Positions 54,796-64,000 of a stretch of DNA of 64,000 nucleotides are shown here, in pieces. Each line of letters opens with the position of its first letter. Positions within the stretch are counted from its first letter, which is position 1. The position numbers and the translations under genes are program-made. The notes beneath the pieces were generated by a model that was given only the letters and a program-made list of their open reading frames with translations, did no database searches and was not told the origin of the DNA. Source of the stretch: a virus (Duplodnaviria > Caudoviricetes); IMG/VR virus record IMGVR_UViG_3300045936_000212, positions 1,206 to 65,205 of that record, one strand, 5' to 3'.

Positions 54796-56264
54796 TGACG
54801 CCGCGCTACGACAACGTGACGCCGCTGCGCCAGCCGCAGGGCGTCGGCGACCTCGCCTTCGAGGCGCAGAAGGCGCTCGTCAACCACGAGGCCGAGCAGG
54901 CGCTCCTCGGCGCCATCATGCTCGACAACCGGGCCTATGACGCGGTCTCGGACTTTCTCGGCTGGGAGGATTTTGCCCACCCGCTGCACGGCCGGATCTA
55001 CGCCGCCGCCGGGAGCCTCGTTGCCGGTGGCCAGCCCGCCAACGCCATCACCCTCGGCAGCTATTTCGCCGACGACGAGATCCTCAAGACCAATGGCGGG
55101 ATGGGCTACCTCGCCAAGCTGGCGATGAGCGCCGTCACCGTCATCAACGCCTACTGGTACGGCAAGACGATCTTCGACCTGGCGCGCCGTCGCGACCTCG
55201 TCGAGGTGGCCGAGCAGGCGATCATCGACGCCGCGTCCCCAAGTCCCGACGATGCCGTCGATGCGGTGATCGAAAAGGTCGAGCAGCGTCTCTACGAGAT
55301 CGCCGAGCAGGGGCAGCAGCACCAGAGCCGGCCGCTCGCCGCCATCGCGCACGCCGTCGTCAGCAACACGGAGAGCGCCTACAAGGCGGGCGGCGCCGTC
55401 ACCGTCGACACCGGTCTCCTCGATGTCGACGGCACGATCCGGGGGATGTCGCCGGGCGATCTGATCGTGCTGGCGGGACGCCCGTCGATGGGGAAGTCGG
55501 CGCTCGCCGGCACCGTCGCCACCAACGCCGGAAAAGCCGGCAAGCACACGATCATGTTCTCGCTCGAGATGACCGCCGAGGAGCTTGGGCAGCGCTGGAT
55601 CGCGGCGCGCACCGGCATCACGACGGAAAAGTTACGCCACGGCGACCTCACGATGACCGACTGGCCGCTGTTGCGTGACGCCGAGATCGAGATCGCCGCC
55701 TTGCCGATCACGGTCGACGACCAGCCCCGCATCAGTGTGGCGGCGATCCGCCAGCGCGCCCGCCGGCTGAAGCGCCGCAGCGGGCTCGATCTGATCCTGA
55801 TCGACCACCTGCAGCTGATCCGCCAGGGCGGGAAGCAAGAGAGCCGTCGGCTGGAGATCGGCGACGCCACCTCGAGCCTCAAGGCCATCGCCAAGGAGCT
55901 AGGGGTTCCGATCCTCTTGCTCTCCCAGATCAACCGGAAGGTCGAGGACCGCGACGACAAAAGGCCGACCCTCGCCGATCTGAAGGAAAGCGGCGACATC
56001 GAGCAGGACGCCGACATCGTCCTCTTCCTCTACCGCGAGGAATATTACCTCGCCAAAGCCGAACCCCGGAAACGCGGGCGCGAGACCAAGGAGGCCTACG
56101 CCGGCCGTCTCGCCGACTGGCAGGACGACTGCGAGCGCTTCAAGGGCATCGCCGAAATCGGCGTCGCCAAAAACCGGCATGGCCGCACCGGTACCGTCAA
56201 GGTGCACTTCGACGCCGAGCGGCAGCGCTTCGACAACCTCGCTCGCTGGGAGCAGCCCCGATGA
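54792..56264 (+). CDS. dnaB: Replicative DNA helicase
   Basis: EAEQALLGAI, LAGRPSMGKS, FSLEM, IDHLQLI, LSQINR, DLKESGDIEQDAD, KNRHG. Confidence 0.97.
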   Translation: MMTPRYDNVTPLRQPQGVGDLAFEAQKALVNHEAEQALLGAIMLDNRAYDAVSDFLGWEDFAHPLHGRIYAAAGSLVAGGQPANAITLGSYFADDEILKTNGGMGYLAKLAMSAVTVINAYWYGKTIFDLARRRDLVEVAEQAIIDAASPSPDDAVDAVIEKVEQRLYEIAEQGQQHQSRPLAAIAHAVVSNTESAYKAGGAVTVDTGLLDVDGTIRGMSPGDLIVLAGRPSMGKSALAGTVATNAGKAGKHTIMFSLEMTAEELGQRWIAARTGITTEKLRHGDLTMTDWPLLRDAEIEIAALPITVDDQPRISVAAIRQRARRLKRRSGLDLILIDHLQLIRQGGKQESRRLEIGDATSSLKAIAKELGVPILLLSQINRKVEDRDDKRPTLADLKESGDIEQDADIVLFLYREEYYLAKAEPRKRGRETKEAYAGRLADWQDDCERFKGIAEIGVAKNRHGRTGTVKVHFDAERQRFDNLARWEQPR

Positions 56265-57316
56265 CGCTGCCGGATCCGCCATTGGGCCCGGAGGTCGATT
56301 GCACCGACCTCGACAGCTTCATGCTCAACGTCGAACGGCTGCTCGGCTCCGAGCTCGTCGCCGTTTCCTCGCACGAGGTACTGGGCGCCGCGCTTCTGTT
56401 GTGGTGCCGCGCTTGGAAACAGCGCCCGGCGGCGAGCCTGCCCGATGATGACGAGGTATTGGCGGGTTTCGCCCACATGCCGCTGAAACGGTTCAAACGG
56501 CTCCGCGAAAAGGTGCTGCACGGCTTCGTCAAATGCTCCGACGGACGCCTCTACCACCCCGTCCTGGCGGCGGATGCGATCACAGCTTTTCAACGTAAAT
56601 TGAAGCACCGCGAAAAGGTTGCCCAGGAAACCAATCGCAAAAAACGCTGGCGAGAGGCTCAAAAGCCGCAGAAAGCCTCACCCCGTCCCGAAGATGTCCC
56701 GCGTCGCGAGACGCCTTATACAGGGACAGGGACAGGGACAGGGACAAAGAGTCCAAACGGAATCAACGAGACCTTTTTTTCGAGGAAGGGGGTGCAGGGG
56801 GAAGGGGGCTCGGCTGACGCCTCGCCGGGTTTGCCTCGCGGCAAACCTGCAAAAAAGGCTTCGCCGCACAAGCGGTTACCCATCCCCGATGGCTGGAAGC
56901 CCGGCGACGAGGAGCGCCAGGCGGCAATCGGCCGGACCGGCTGGTCCGAGGCCGAGTGCGACGCGGCGGCGGAAGCCTTCCGGCTGCACCACACCGCCAA
57001 GGGAACCCTGTTCAGCGACCTGGGCGCTGCCTGGCAGGCCTGGGTCGCGGTCGCGGCGGCGCATGGGCGGCGCCGGCCTCGGTCGCCACCGGGCCTCGAG
57101 GAGGACGGCGGCGGCTACGACCGCGCCGAGCAGCCCTTCGCCTACGCCGCCGAGAGCCGCGAGCACTGGCACGACCGCTGCGCCGTGTGGTTCGACCGCA
57201 CCCGCGGCGGGCCGCTCCGGCGGCGCTGGCCGGAGGGTTGGGGGCCGGCGCCGGGTGAGACCGGATGCCGCGTCCCGGCGGACGTGTTGGCCGAGTTCGA
57301 GGGACAGCGTGAATGA
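56261..57316 (+). CDS. Replication initiator, DUF1376/YdaU-like
   Basis: LLLWCRAWKQRPAASLPDDD..DGRLYHPV, TGTGTGTGT linker, IPDGWKP..FRLHH..WQAWV (DnaT-like); follows dnaB. Confidence 0.8.
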   Translation: MTLPDPPLGPEVDCTDLDSFMLNVERLLGSELVAVSSHEVLGAALLLWCRAWKQRPAASLPDDDEVLAGFAHMPLKRFKRLREKVLHGFVKCSDGRLYHPVLAADAITAFQRKLKHREKVAQETNRKKRWREAQKPQKASPRPEDVPRRETPYTGTGTGTGTKSPNGINETFFSRKGVQGEGGSADASPGLPRGKPAKKASPHKRLPIPDGWKPGDEERQAAIGRTGWSEAECDAAAEAFRLHHTAKGTLFSDLGAAWQAWVAVAAAHGRRRPRSPPGLEEDGGGYDRAEQPFAYAAESREHWHDRCAVWFDRTRGGPLRRRWPEGWGPAPGETGCRVPADVLAEFEGQRE

Positions 57317-57567
57317 TCGATTGGCTAGCGGTAGCCCTGATTTTGAACGCTCTGGCGGTGACGCTGCTGGCGATCTGCGGGTTCATGCTCGGGTCGGTGC
57401 TGAGCCGGGTGGGGGACGCGCTGGAAGCGCTGCGCCCGGCGCCGCAGGTGCGCAGTCCGGGCGTGCAGCCGGTGCAGCCGTGGCCGAAGCCGGGGCCGTT
57501 TGCCGATCCGCGACCGGCACCGCCGCGACCGGTTGCAGCGGCACCGTCGGTCTCGCGGTGGCCGTGA
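57313..57567 (+). CDS. Small TM protein
   Basis: Hydrophobic N-terminus; ATGA overlap. Confidence 0.6.
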   Translation: MIDWLAVALILNALAVTLLAICGFMLGSVLSRVGDALEALRPAPQVRSPGVQPVQPWPKPGPFADPRPAPPRPVAAAPSVSRWP

Positions 57568-57950
57568 CGCACTGGGTCGTGGTGTTGCGCTTCGCGATGA
57601 CCACCCGCATCGACATCGTCAGGGGCGAGACCGGTCCCCAGGCGGCGGCGGACTTTGTCGCCCGGTGCCTGCAGCAACCGCACCCGCCGGAATTGCCGCT
57701 GCTGTCGATCGACACCTGCGAGGTGCCGGCCGGCAAGCTGCGCGAGCTGGCCGACGAGACGCCGCCGCCCTCCTGGCCGCAACCGGTGCCGGTCACCCCG
57801 ACGCTGCCGGTGATCGGGCTGTGCGCGGCGGTGCGGGCCTACCACACCGCGCTCGCCGACAACGCCGACGGCGCCGAAGTGAAGCTCGCCGCCTTCGCCG
57901 AGCATCACGGCTGCCGGATCGACTTCGCCAGCAACCGGGGAGCGCCATGA
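57564..57950 (+). CDS. Hypothetical protein
   Basis: GTGA overlap. Confidence 0.55.
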   Translation: MTHWVVVLRFAMTTRIDIVRGETGPQAAADFVARCLQQPHPPELPLLSIDTCEVPAGKLRELADETPPPSWPQPVPVTPTLPVIGLCAAVRAYHTALADNADGAEVKLAAFAEHHGCRIDFASNRGAP

Positions 57951-58213
57951 CCGAGGAAGTGGATCTCGACCAATACCGGCTCGACGCCGCCGCGCTCGCG
58001 GAGATCGACCGCCAGATCGAGGCGATGCCGGTTCTGCCCGAGCCGCAGGAGATGATTGCCGCAATGCAGGCTGCGCCAGCGGGCGAAAGCCTCAGCATCG
58101 CGAGCGCGGTCAAACTGCAGGCGATGTATCGCCGCTGCCCGGCAGCCGAGGCGCAAAACGAATTGTTCAAGGGCCTGCGCTCTGGCGACCTGCCGGTTCG
58201 GTGGCCGTCATGA
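57947..58213 (+). CDS. Hypothetical protein
   Basis: GGAG RBS; ATGA overlap. Confidence 0.6.
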   Translation: MTEEVDLDQYRLDAAALAEIDRQIEAMPVLPEPQEMIAAMQAAPAGESLSIASAVKLQAMYRRCPAAEAQNELFKGLRSGDLPVRWPS

Positions 58214-58488
58214 GCGGGTATCACATCGCCGCCGACGGTCGCTCGATCACCTGCGGGCAGTGCGGGGCCACCAGCCACAACCTGACCGATGTGGCGCAGC
58301 GCTACTGCGGCAGCTGCCACATCTTCCACGAGGACTGTTCGGCCGAGTTCAAGTGCCGGGACTGCGGCCGGCTGATCGTCCAGTTCGGGGGCCCCGTCAC
58401 CGAGGTGTGCGCCACCTGCACGGTGCTGCCCGGCTGGCACCGCGACCCGGTGCTGCGGCGGTATTTCGACCCGGAGGTGGCGCGCTGA
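58210..58488 (+). CDS. Double Zn-finger protein
   Basis: CGQC..YCGSCH..CRDC..CATC. Confidence 0.7.
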   Translation: MSGYHIAADGRSITCGQCGATSHNLTDVAQRYCGSCHIFHEDCSAEFKCRDCGRLIVQFGGPVTEVCATCTVLPGWHRDPVLRRYFDPEVAR

Positions 58489-58790
58489 TGCCCGAGCTGC
58501 ATGTCGATGTCGATCTGGTGGTCAAAATATTCGCGCGCGTCGATGGCGCGCCGACGCCGGTCGATGGGCAATTTATCGTGCGCTACGACCCGATGATCGA
58601 TCAGACCGGTGCCTATCGGCTCGACACCACCGCCGACATCGACGAGGCGCTGGGCTTCTCGCGGGTGTCGGAGATCGAGGCGTTCATCCGGCGCCCGTCG
58701 CCGAATGTGCCGTTCGACCGCCCCGGCCACGTCAACCGGCCGATCACCTGCTACCACCTCGAAATCCTGCCGCGGGTGCGGCGCCCATGA
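58488..58790 (+). CDS. Hypothetical protein
   Basis: GGAGG RBS; TGATG coupling. Confidence 0.65.
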   Translation: MPELHVDVDLVVKIFARVDGAPTPVDGQFIVRYDPMIDQTGAYRLDTTADIDEALGFSRVSEIEAFIRRPSPNVPFDRPGHVNRPITCYHLEILPRVRRP

Positions 58791-60778
58791 AAGGCGGCAC
58801 CCTATTCAGCGGCATCGCCGCCCCCGAGGTCGCGTGCCCCGAGATCGACTGGCGCTGGCAGGCCGAGATCGACCCGTTCGCCTGCGCCGTGCTGCGCCAC
58901 CGTTTCCCCCACATCCCCAACCTGGGCGATGTCACAAGGATCGATCCCGATGCAGTTGAGCCTGTTGACCTTGTTGTCTTCGGGTCGCCCTGCCAGTCGT
59001 TCTCGGTCGCCGGAAAGCGGCTCGGACTGGACGACCCGCGTGGCAACCTGGCCCTCGTCGCCCTTTCGCTTGTTCAGCGAATTCGGCCCCGCTGGCTGGC
59101 TTTTGAGAACGTCCCCGGCCTATTTAGCTCTTTCTCCGGAAGCGAACTCGAGGAGCGTCAGGTACGAGAAGGTGATGTCGGGGAAAGCGCCGACGGTCGT
59201 GAAGACCGTGACTTCGCCGCCTTCCTCTCCCGACTTCGGGAATGCGGGTATCTTGGCGCATGGCGAGTGTTTGACGCTCAATTTACCGGAGTCCCCCAGC
59301 GTCGCCGTCGCATCTTCTTTGTCGGATATTCTGGAGACTGGCGTCCTCCCACAGCGGTACTTTTTGAGCGCGAAAGCTTGCGCGGGGATCATCCGGCGAG
59401 CGCAGAAGCGCGGGAAAGAATTGCCCGCCCAATTGCAAGCTGCTCTCCAGGCGGCAGCGGCTGGCGGGCCGACGCCGACACCGCTGACAACCTGATCCCG
59501 CAGACGGCCGGCGCGATGACGAGCGCCGGCGGCACCGACAAAAAGCACGGGCAGGGCTGGGGGCAGCAGGACTGGGAGAACGGCTATGCCATTCCCCAAG
59601 TCGCCGACCCGGTCAGCGCGCATGAGCAGCGCACCTATACCCACGAGGGCACCAACAACTTCCGGCTGCGCAACGTCGTCGCCAAGAGCGTGCGCGGCCA
59701 GCACAACGTGGCGCACCGCGAGGACACCGACACGCTGATCGCGGTGCAGTGCAACGGCAACAATGTCGGCACCGATCTGCCGTCGCTGCGGGCCGGGAAC
59801 CAGCACATAACCGGCGGCGGGCCCGCCATCGCCTTCTCGGCCAAGGATCACGGTGCCGACGTCGGCGAGATCGCCCCGACGCTGCGGGCGATGAACGAGA
59901 TCGACGGCAACGCCAATGCCGGCGGGCAGCTCGCGGTCGCCTATGGTGGCAACCGGCAGTCGGGACCGCTCGACGCCGCCTCGGCGGTGCGCGCCAAGGG
60001 CGGCACCGGGCACGGCGACTTTGAGAGCGAGACCTTCATCGTCGCCACCCCGATCCAGAACGCCACCCGAGGCAAGAATCAGAACGGCGTCGGGATCGGC
60101 GGCGAGGCGATGTTCACGCTCGACCAGGGATCGCAGCACGCCGTCGCGTTCGCAGAGAACACCCGCAACGAGGTGAGGACGTCGGCGATCATGCCGCAGC
60201 TGACGGCCGGCGGCGGTAAGCCGGGGCAGGGGTATCCGGCGGTCGCCTTCAAGCCGTCGCACTACACCCGCGACAAGGACGGCGCGCCCGCCGAGGTGAC
60301 GCCGCCGCTCTCGGCCGACGCCGACAAGGGCGATCAGGACACGCTGGTGTTCGAGAGCCGCTTCGCCAGAAACGGCAGGGGCGCGCCAAGCGAGGTCGTG
60401 CCGCCCTTAAAAGCGCAGAGCGGGCAGACAGGGAAGGGGGACGGCTCACCCCTCCTGGCGGCCTTCCAGGCGTCCCAGAGCGGCATGCGCCTGGGCGACC
60501 AGCACCCGACCCTCGACGGCAACAACGGCTCTCGGCGTCACCACGGGGTTGCTGAAAACTCCAGAAACCAGGTTTCCAGCGCGATGTCGGTGCGCCGGCT
60601 CACTCCGCGCGAATGCGAGCGCCTGCAGGGACTGCCCGACGACTTCACGCTGATCGTCTACCGCGGCAAGCCTGCCGCCGACGGCCCGCGCTACCGCGCC
60701 ATCGGCAACTCGATGGCGGTGCCGGTGATGCGCTGGATCCTGGGGCGCATCTGCCAGTTCGAGGAGCGGCAGCGATGA
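58787..60778 (+). CDS. C5-cytosine DNA methyltransferase with very long variable region
   Basis: LFSGI (I), GSPCQSFS (IV), ENVPG (VI), PQRRRRIF (VIII), RRLTPRECERLQG (IX), RYRAIGNS (X). Confidence 0.93.
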   Translation: MKGGTLFSGIAAPEVACPEIDWRWQAEIDPFACAVLRHRFPHIPNLGDVTRIDPDAVEPVDLVVFGSPCQSFSVAGKRLGLDDPRGNLALVALSLVQRIRPRWLAFENVPGLFSSFSGSELEERQVREGDVGESADGREDRDFAAFLSRLRECGYLGAWRVFDAQFTGVPQRRRRIFFVGYSGDWRPPTAVLFERESLRGDHPASAEARERIARPIASCSPGGSGWRADADTADNLIPQTAGAMTSAGGTDKKHGQGWGQQDWENGYAIPQVADPVSAHEQRTYTHEGTNNFRLRNVVAKSVRGQHNVAHREDTDTLIAVQCNGNNVGTDLPSLRAGNQHITGGGPAIAFSAKDHGADVGEIAPTLRAMNEIDGNANAGGQLAVAYGGNRQSGPLDAASAVRAKGGTGHGDFESETFIVATPIQNATRGKNQNGVGIGGEAMFTLDQGSQHAVAFAENTRNEVRTSAIMPQLTAGGGKPGQGYPAVAFKPSHYTRDKDGAPAEVTPPLSADADKGDQDTLVFESRFARNGRGAPSEVVPPLKAQSGQTGKGDGSPLLAAFQASQSGMRLGDQHPTLDGNNGSRRHHGVAENSRNQVSSAMSVRRLTPRECERLQGLPDDFTLIVYRGKPAADGPRYRAIGNSMAVPVMRWILGRICQFEERQR

Positions 60779-60951
60779 TCTGCGAGGCCTGCCACGGCAG
60801 CGGATGGCATCTGCATTGCCCGGAGCGCTGGCCCGGCTGTCCGGTCCGGTGCTCACCACGGTGCCGGCTAGGGCCCTGCCCGGAATGCGGCGGCTGCGGT
60901 CGGACGCACTGCTGCGAGGGAGAACGTCCTGGCAACGAGGTGCCCGAATGA
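60775..60951 (+). CDS. Small Cys-rich Zn-finger protein
   Basis: CEACHGSG..CPECGGCG..HCCEG. Confidence 0.6.
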   Translation: MICEACHGSGWHLHCPERWPGCPVRCSPRCRLGPCPECGGCGRTHCCEGERPGNEVPE

Positions 60952-61142
60952 CTGAAGATCTCGTCCTCGGCGCGCGGGTCAGCATGCGCGGTGCGGCCCG
61001 GCAGATCCTTGAGGCGATCGACCAGCTCGCCGAGTTCGAGGTCGCGCGCACCGGCTGGACGCGCGAGGACATCGCTCTGCTCGAGCGCATCGCCGCCTGG
61101 AAGATCGAGGGCGTCCCCTTTGGCGAATGGCCGGTCCCATGA
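60948..61142 (+). CDS. Hypothetical protein
   Basis: ATGA overlaps. Confidence 0.6.
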   Translation: MTEDLVLGARVSMRGAARQILEAIDQLAEFEVARTGWTREDIALLERIAAWKIEGVPFGEWPVP

Positions 61143-61513
61143 GCGAACCCGTCACCTTTGTCGTCGAGACCCGCCACGGCCGGGAGAGCGCCAGCATCGT
61201 CTACGGCCAGCTTCCCGAGCATCTGCGGGCGAAGGGGTCGAACCAGCTGGTGTGGGTCTGGCGGCTCGACAAGCTGCCAAACGGCGAGGCGCTGCAGCAG
61301 ATGCCGATCGGCGACCTCTACGACCAGTTCGTGCGGATGCGCGAGCAGGGCAAGCTGCCGCCGTCCAACCTCGCCGATCCGCCGAGGAAGGTCGAGACCG
61401 GGCCGAAGGTCATCGAGCGCGGGCCGGAATTCTGGTGGAAGCCCACACCGCTGCCGCGCGGCCAGGACTGGACCCCTGACGCGCCGCCGGCCGACATCGT
61501 GGGGTTCGAGTGA
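61139..61513 (+). CDS. Hypothetical protein
   Basis: ATGA/GTGA overlaps. Confidence 0.6.
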   Translation: MSEPVTFVVETRHGRESASIVYGQLPEHLRAKGSNQLVWVWRLDKLPNGEALQQMPIGDLYDQFVRMREQGKLPPSNLADPPRKVETGPKVIERGPEFWWKPTPLPRGQDWTPDAPPADIVGFE

Positions 61514-62586
61514 CGGTCACGATCCTCACCGGAGACGCGCGCGGCCGGCTGCAGGAACTGCAGTCCGACAGTGTCCACTGCGTCGTCACCTCGCCCCCCT
61601 ATTACGGGCTGCGCGACTACGGCGTCGCCGGCCAGATCGGACTCGAGGCCTCGCCCGACGACTACATCGATGCGCTGGTCGAGGTGTTCCGCGAGGTGCG
61701 CCGCGTGCTGCGCCCGGACGGCACGCTGTGGCTCAACATCGGCGACAGCTACGCCGCCGACGGCGGCACCTATCGCCGCAACAACGGCAACAAGGATAGC
61801 CGCGCCCGCTACGACGGGCGCTCGCCGGCCCGGCCGCGCCACACCGGCAGCAGCATCAAGCCGAAAGACCTGATCGGGATCCCGTGGATGCTCGCCTTCG
61901 CGCTGCGCGCCGACGGCTGGTGGCTGCGCCAGGAGATCATCTGGTCGAAGCCCAACCCGATGCCGGAACGGGTCAGGGACCGCTGCACCAAGGCGCACGA
62001 GTCCCTGTTCCTGTTGAGCAAGCGTGCGCGGTACTGGTTCGACGCGGCGGCGATCGAGGAAGAGCGCGTCTCGGACGAGGACGCCAACGGCTTTCGCGGC
62101 GGGGCCTATGTCGATGCCGAGATCGACAACGGCGTGATCGGCAAGCGGCGCACGGTCGGCAACAAACGCCTCTATGTCCCTGGCAACAAGACGCATCGAG
62201 GCGCGCTCGCTTACGAGGCCGGCGACGAGCATTCGCGAACCAAGGCTGGCCTCGTCGCCTTCGCGGAGCGCGAGCGGGGCAAAGCCGCCAACGGCGAGCA
62301 GCTGGGGACGCGCAACCGGCGATCGGTCTGGACGGTGGCGCGCAGCGAGCCGTTCGCCGAGGCGCACTTCGCGACCTATCCGCCGACGCTGGTCGAGCCG
62401 TGCCTCCTGGCGGGTTGTCCCGAGGGCGGCACCGTCCTCGACCCGTTCGCTGGATCCGGCACCACGGGGCTGGCGGCGGACAGGATCGGGCGCAATGCGA
62501 TCCTGATCGAGCTCAACCCCGAATACGCGGACATGGCGCGGCGCCGGCTGATTGCCGATGCGCGCCTCTTCGCCGATGTCGCATGA
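61510..62586 (+). CDS. N4/N6 DNA methyltransferase (beta class)
   Basis: VTSPPY before VLDPFAGSGTT; HFATYP. Confidence 0.93.
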   Translation: MTVTILTGDARGRLQELQSDSVHCVVTSPPYYGLRDYGVAGQIGLEASPDDYIDALVEVFREVRRVLRPDGTLWLNIGDSYAADGGTYRRNNGNKDSRARYDGRSPARPRHTGSSIKPKDLIGIPWMLAFALRADGWWLRQEIIWSKPNPMPERVRDRCTKAHESLFLLSKRARYWFDAAAIEEERVSDEDANGFRGGAYVDAEIDNGVIGKRRTVGNKRLYVPGNKTHRGALAYEAGDEHSRTKAGLVAFAERERGKAANGEQLGTRNRRSVWTVARSEPFAEAHFATYPPTLVEPCLLAGCPEGGTVLDPFAGSGTTGLAADRIGRNAILIELNPEYADMARRRLIADARLFADVA

Positions 62587-63068
62587 TGCAGATCGTGCCG
62601 CTGACCGTGCGCCGGGCCAACGACTTCGTCGAGCAGTGGCACCGCCACTCGGCGCGCACCGCCAACGACGGCGGCAAATTCGCCGTCGGCCTCGAGCATG
62701 AGGGCGAACTGGTCGGCGTCGCCATCGTCGGTCGCCCGGTCGCCCGGCTGCTGCAGTCCGGGCAGCAATACCCGGCCGAGCTGCTGCGGCTGTGCGTCTC
62801 GCCGGAATGCCCGAAGGGTGGCCCAGGCAAGCTCTACGCGCGGGCGCGCCGGATCTGGCAATTGATGGGCGGCACCCACTTTCACACCTACACCCTCACC
62901 CGCGAGACCGGCGCGGTGATGCGCGGTGTCGGGTTCAACGACAGCGACGCCGTCCCGGTGCCCGGCGGCAAGCAGTGGACGCGACCGTCGCGGCCGAGGC
63001 CCCGCGATCCGCTGACCGCCGAGCCGAAGCTGCGGTGGAGCGAGGAACTGCCGGGAGTCCCGGTCTGA
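62583..63068 (+). CDS. XF1762-family (GNAT/Mom-like fold) protein
   Basis: ANDFVEQWHRH..LVGVAIVGRPVAR..ELLRLC..LY..TYTLTRETGAVMR. Confidence 0.75.
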   Translation: MMQIVPLTVRRANDFVEQWHRHSARTANDGGKFAVGLEHEGELVGVAIVGRPVARLLQSGQQYPAELLRLCVSPECPKGGPGKLYARARRIWQLMGGTHFHTYTLTRETGAVMRGVGFNDSDAVPVPGGKQWTRPSRPRPRDPLTAEPKLRWSEELPGVPV

Positions 63069-63111
63069 TGGCAAAACGCGACGACACCGAGGCGACCCGC
63101 GAATTGCTGCG

Positions 63112-63684
63112 GTGGATGCACAGCCACGGCGACCAGGTGCGGATATCACGGCCAGCGTCAGCGACGAACTCGACCGCATGGGGATCAAGCCGGCCTCGGT
63201 GCTGGGCTACACCCCGCAGACGGACGACGCCAAAGGCAAGGACGCCATCGTCATCGCGCCCTACGTCACCAAGCCACTGATGCTGCCCGACAACAAGATC
63301 AGCCGCTGCGCCGGGTGCCACAAAAAGTTGCAGCACCGCCCGCATTTGCCGAAGGGCGCCACCTTTATGTGCAGTCCCTGCGCGCTGAAGAAGGTGAAGC
63401 GCCAGAAGCCGAAGGGCTGGGTCGAGACCCGGATGCCGGTCAGCGCGTGCCCGCTCTGCGGGTACCAGACAGACGCTGCCAGCGGGTTGGGCGCTCCGGT
63501 GCCGGGCGATCTCACCGTCTGCCTCCAGTGCGCCTCGCCGCTGCGCTTTACCGATACGCTGCAGCTGAGGGCGGTTTCCCCCGATGAGTTCACCAACCTC
63601 GACCTTCAGCTGAAGAACGGGCTGCGCCGCGTCATGGCGGCGGTCCGCACCCTCGACCGCAGGAAGGTCAAGGGCGATGCCTGA
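63112..63684 (+). CDS. Zn-finger protein; true start possibly 63068 via a frameshift
   Basis: CAGC..CSPC..CPLC..CLQC. Confidence 0.6.
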   Translation: MDAQPRRPGADITASVSDELDRMGIKPASVLGYTPQTDDAKGKDAIVIAPYVTKPLMLPDNKISRCAGCHKKLQHRPHLPKGATFMCSPCALKKVKRQKPKGWVETRMPVSACPLCGYQTDAASGLGAPVPGDLTVCLQCASPLRFTDTLQLRAVSPDEFTNLDLQLKNGLRRVMAAVRTLDRRKVKGDA

Positions 63685-64000
63685 CCGGGTGGTCATGTTC
63701 TCCGGTGGCCTCGTCAGCTGGGGCACCGCCAAACGCGTCGTCGAGCGCCACGGCGCCGCCGATCTGACGCTGCTGTTCACCGACACCCGGATCGAGGATC
63801 CCGACCTCTACCGGTTCCTTGAGGAGGCTGCGGCCGACGTCTTCCGCAACATGCCGGCGCGGCTGGTGCGCCTCGCCGACGGGCGCACGCCCTGGGAGGT
63901 GTTCCGCGACCGCCGCATGATCGGCAACACCAATGCGGACATCTGCTCGCGGATCCTGAAGCGCGAACTGGCCGACCGATGGCTCAAGGAGCATTGCGAC
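63677..64000 (+). CDS. PAPS-reductase-like (PP-loop) protein, 3'-truncated
   Basis: MPDRVVMFSGGLVSW..LLFTDTRIEDPDLYRFL..DGRTPWEVF..CSRILKRE; open to the window end. Confidence 0.8.
   Translation, partial: MPDRVVMFSGGLVSWGTAKRVVERHGAADLTLLFTDTRIEDPDLYRFLEEAAADVFRNMPARLVRLADGRTPWEVFRDRRMIGNTNADICSRILKRELADRWLKEHCD

Noticed and set aside
56720-56746. (ACAGGG)n hexamer run as replication iterons
   Set aside because: Encodes a TGTGTGTGT linker common in phage replication proteins; too short to assert an origin, though not excluded.

Overview
The whole window is one GC-rich, temperate, long-tailed (siphovirus-like) phage genome segment with an HK97-type head. The host is probably alphaproteobacterial (GapR-like gene, DUF1376 replication protein, tRNA-His lacking G-1); this is inference. 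Both ends cut through genes. 1-29.3 kb (+): large terminase, fused prohead protease-major capsid, small accessory genes and a glycosyltransferase, portal, collagen-repeat protein, head-tail joining genes, two paralogous tail-tube genes, a tail chaperone with a -1 slippery site, a 2123-aa tape measure carrying an M15-type peptidase, and tail tip/fibre genes. 29.2-47.9 kb (-): early-left operon with many small genes, two atypical tRNAs, RecT, a HIRAN protein, integrase/excisionase with an apparently intact attP, and a CI-like repressor. 48.1-64 kb (+): Cro-like, GapR-like, ParB-domain and RuvC-like genes, DnaB, a replication initiator, and a DNA-modification cluster (C5 and N4/N6 methyltransferases, XF1762-like, PAPS-reductase-like). 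The most notable element is a stand-alone Cas7/RAMP-like gene (43412-44230) with a coupled partner gene, plus two non-coding arrays on the same strand (42451-42962, 46087-46723). Each array is made of units of GGCA + 8-12 pentamers GGY-NN (constant trinucleotide, variable dinucleotide), consistent with a non-CRISPR RNA-guided system using a discontinuous guide code. Second is a tRNA with a Cys anticodon on an acceptor stem carrying Ala identity elements (G3-U70, A73). All family assignments come from motif recognition by eye, not database searches.
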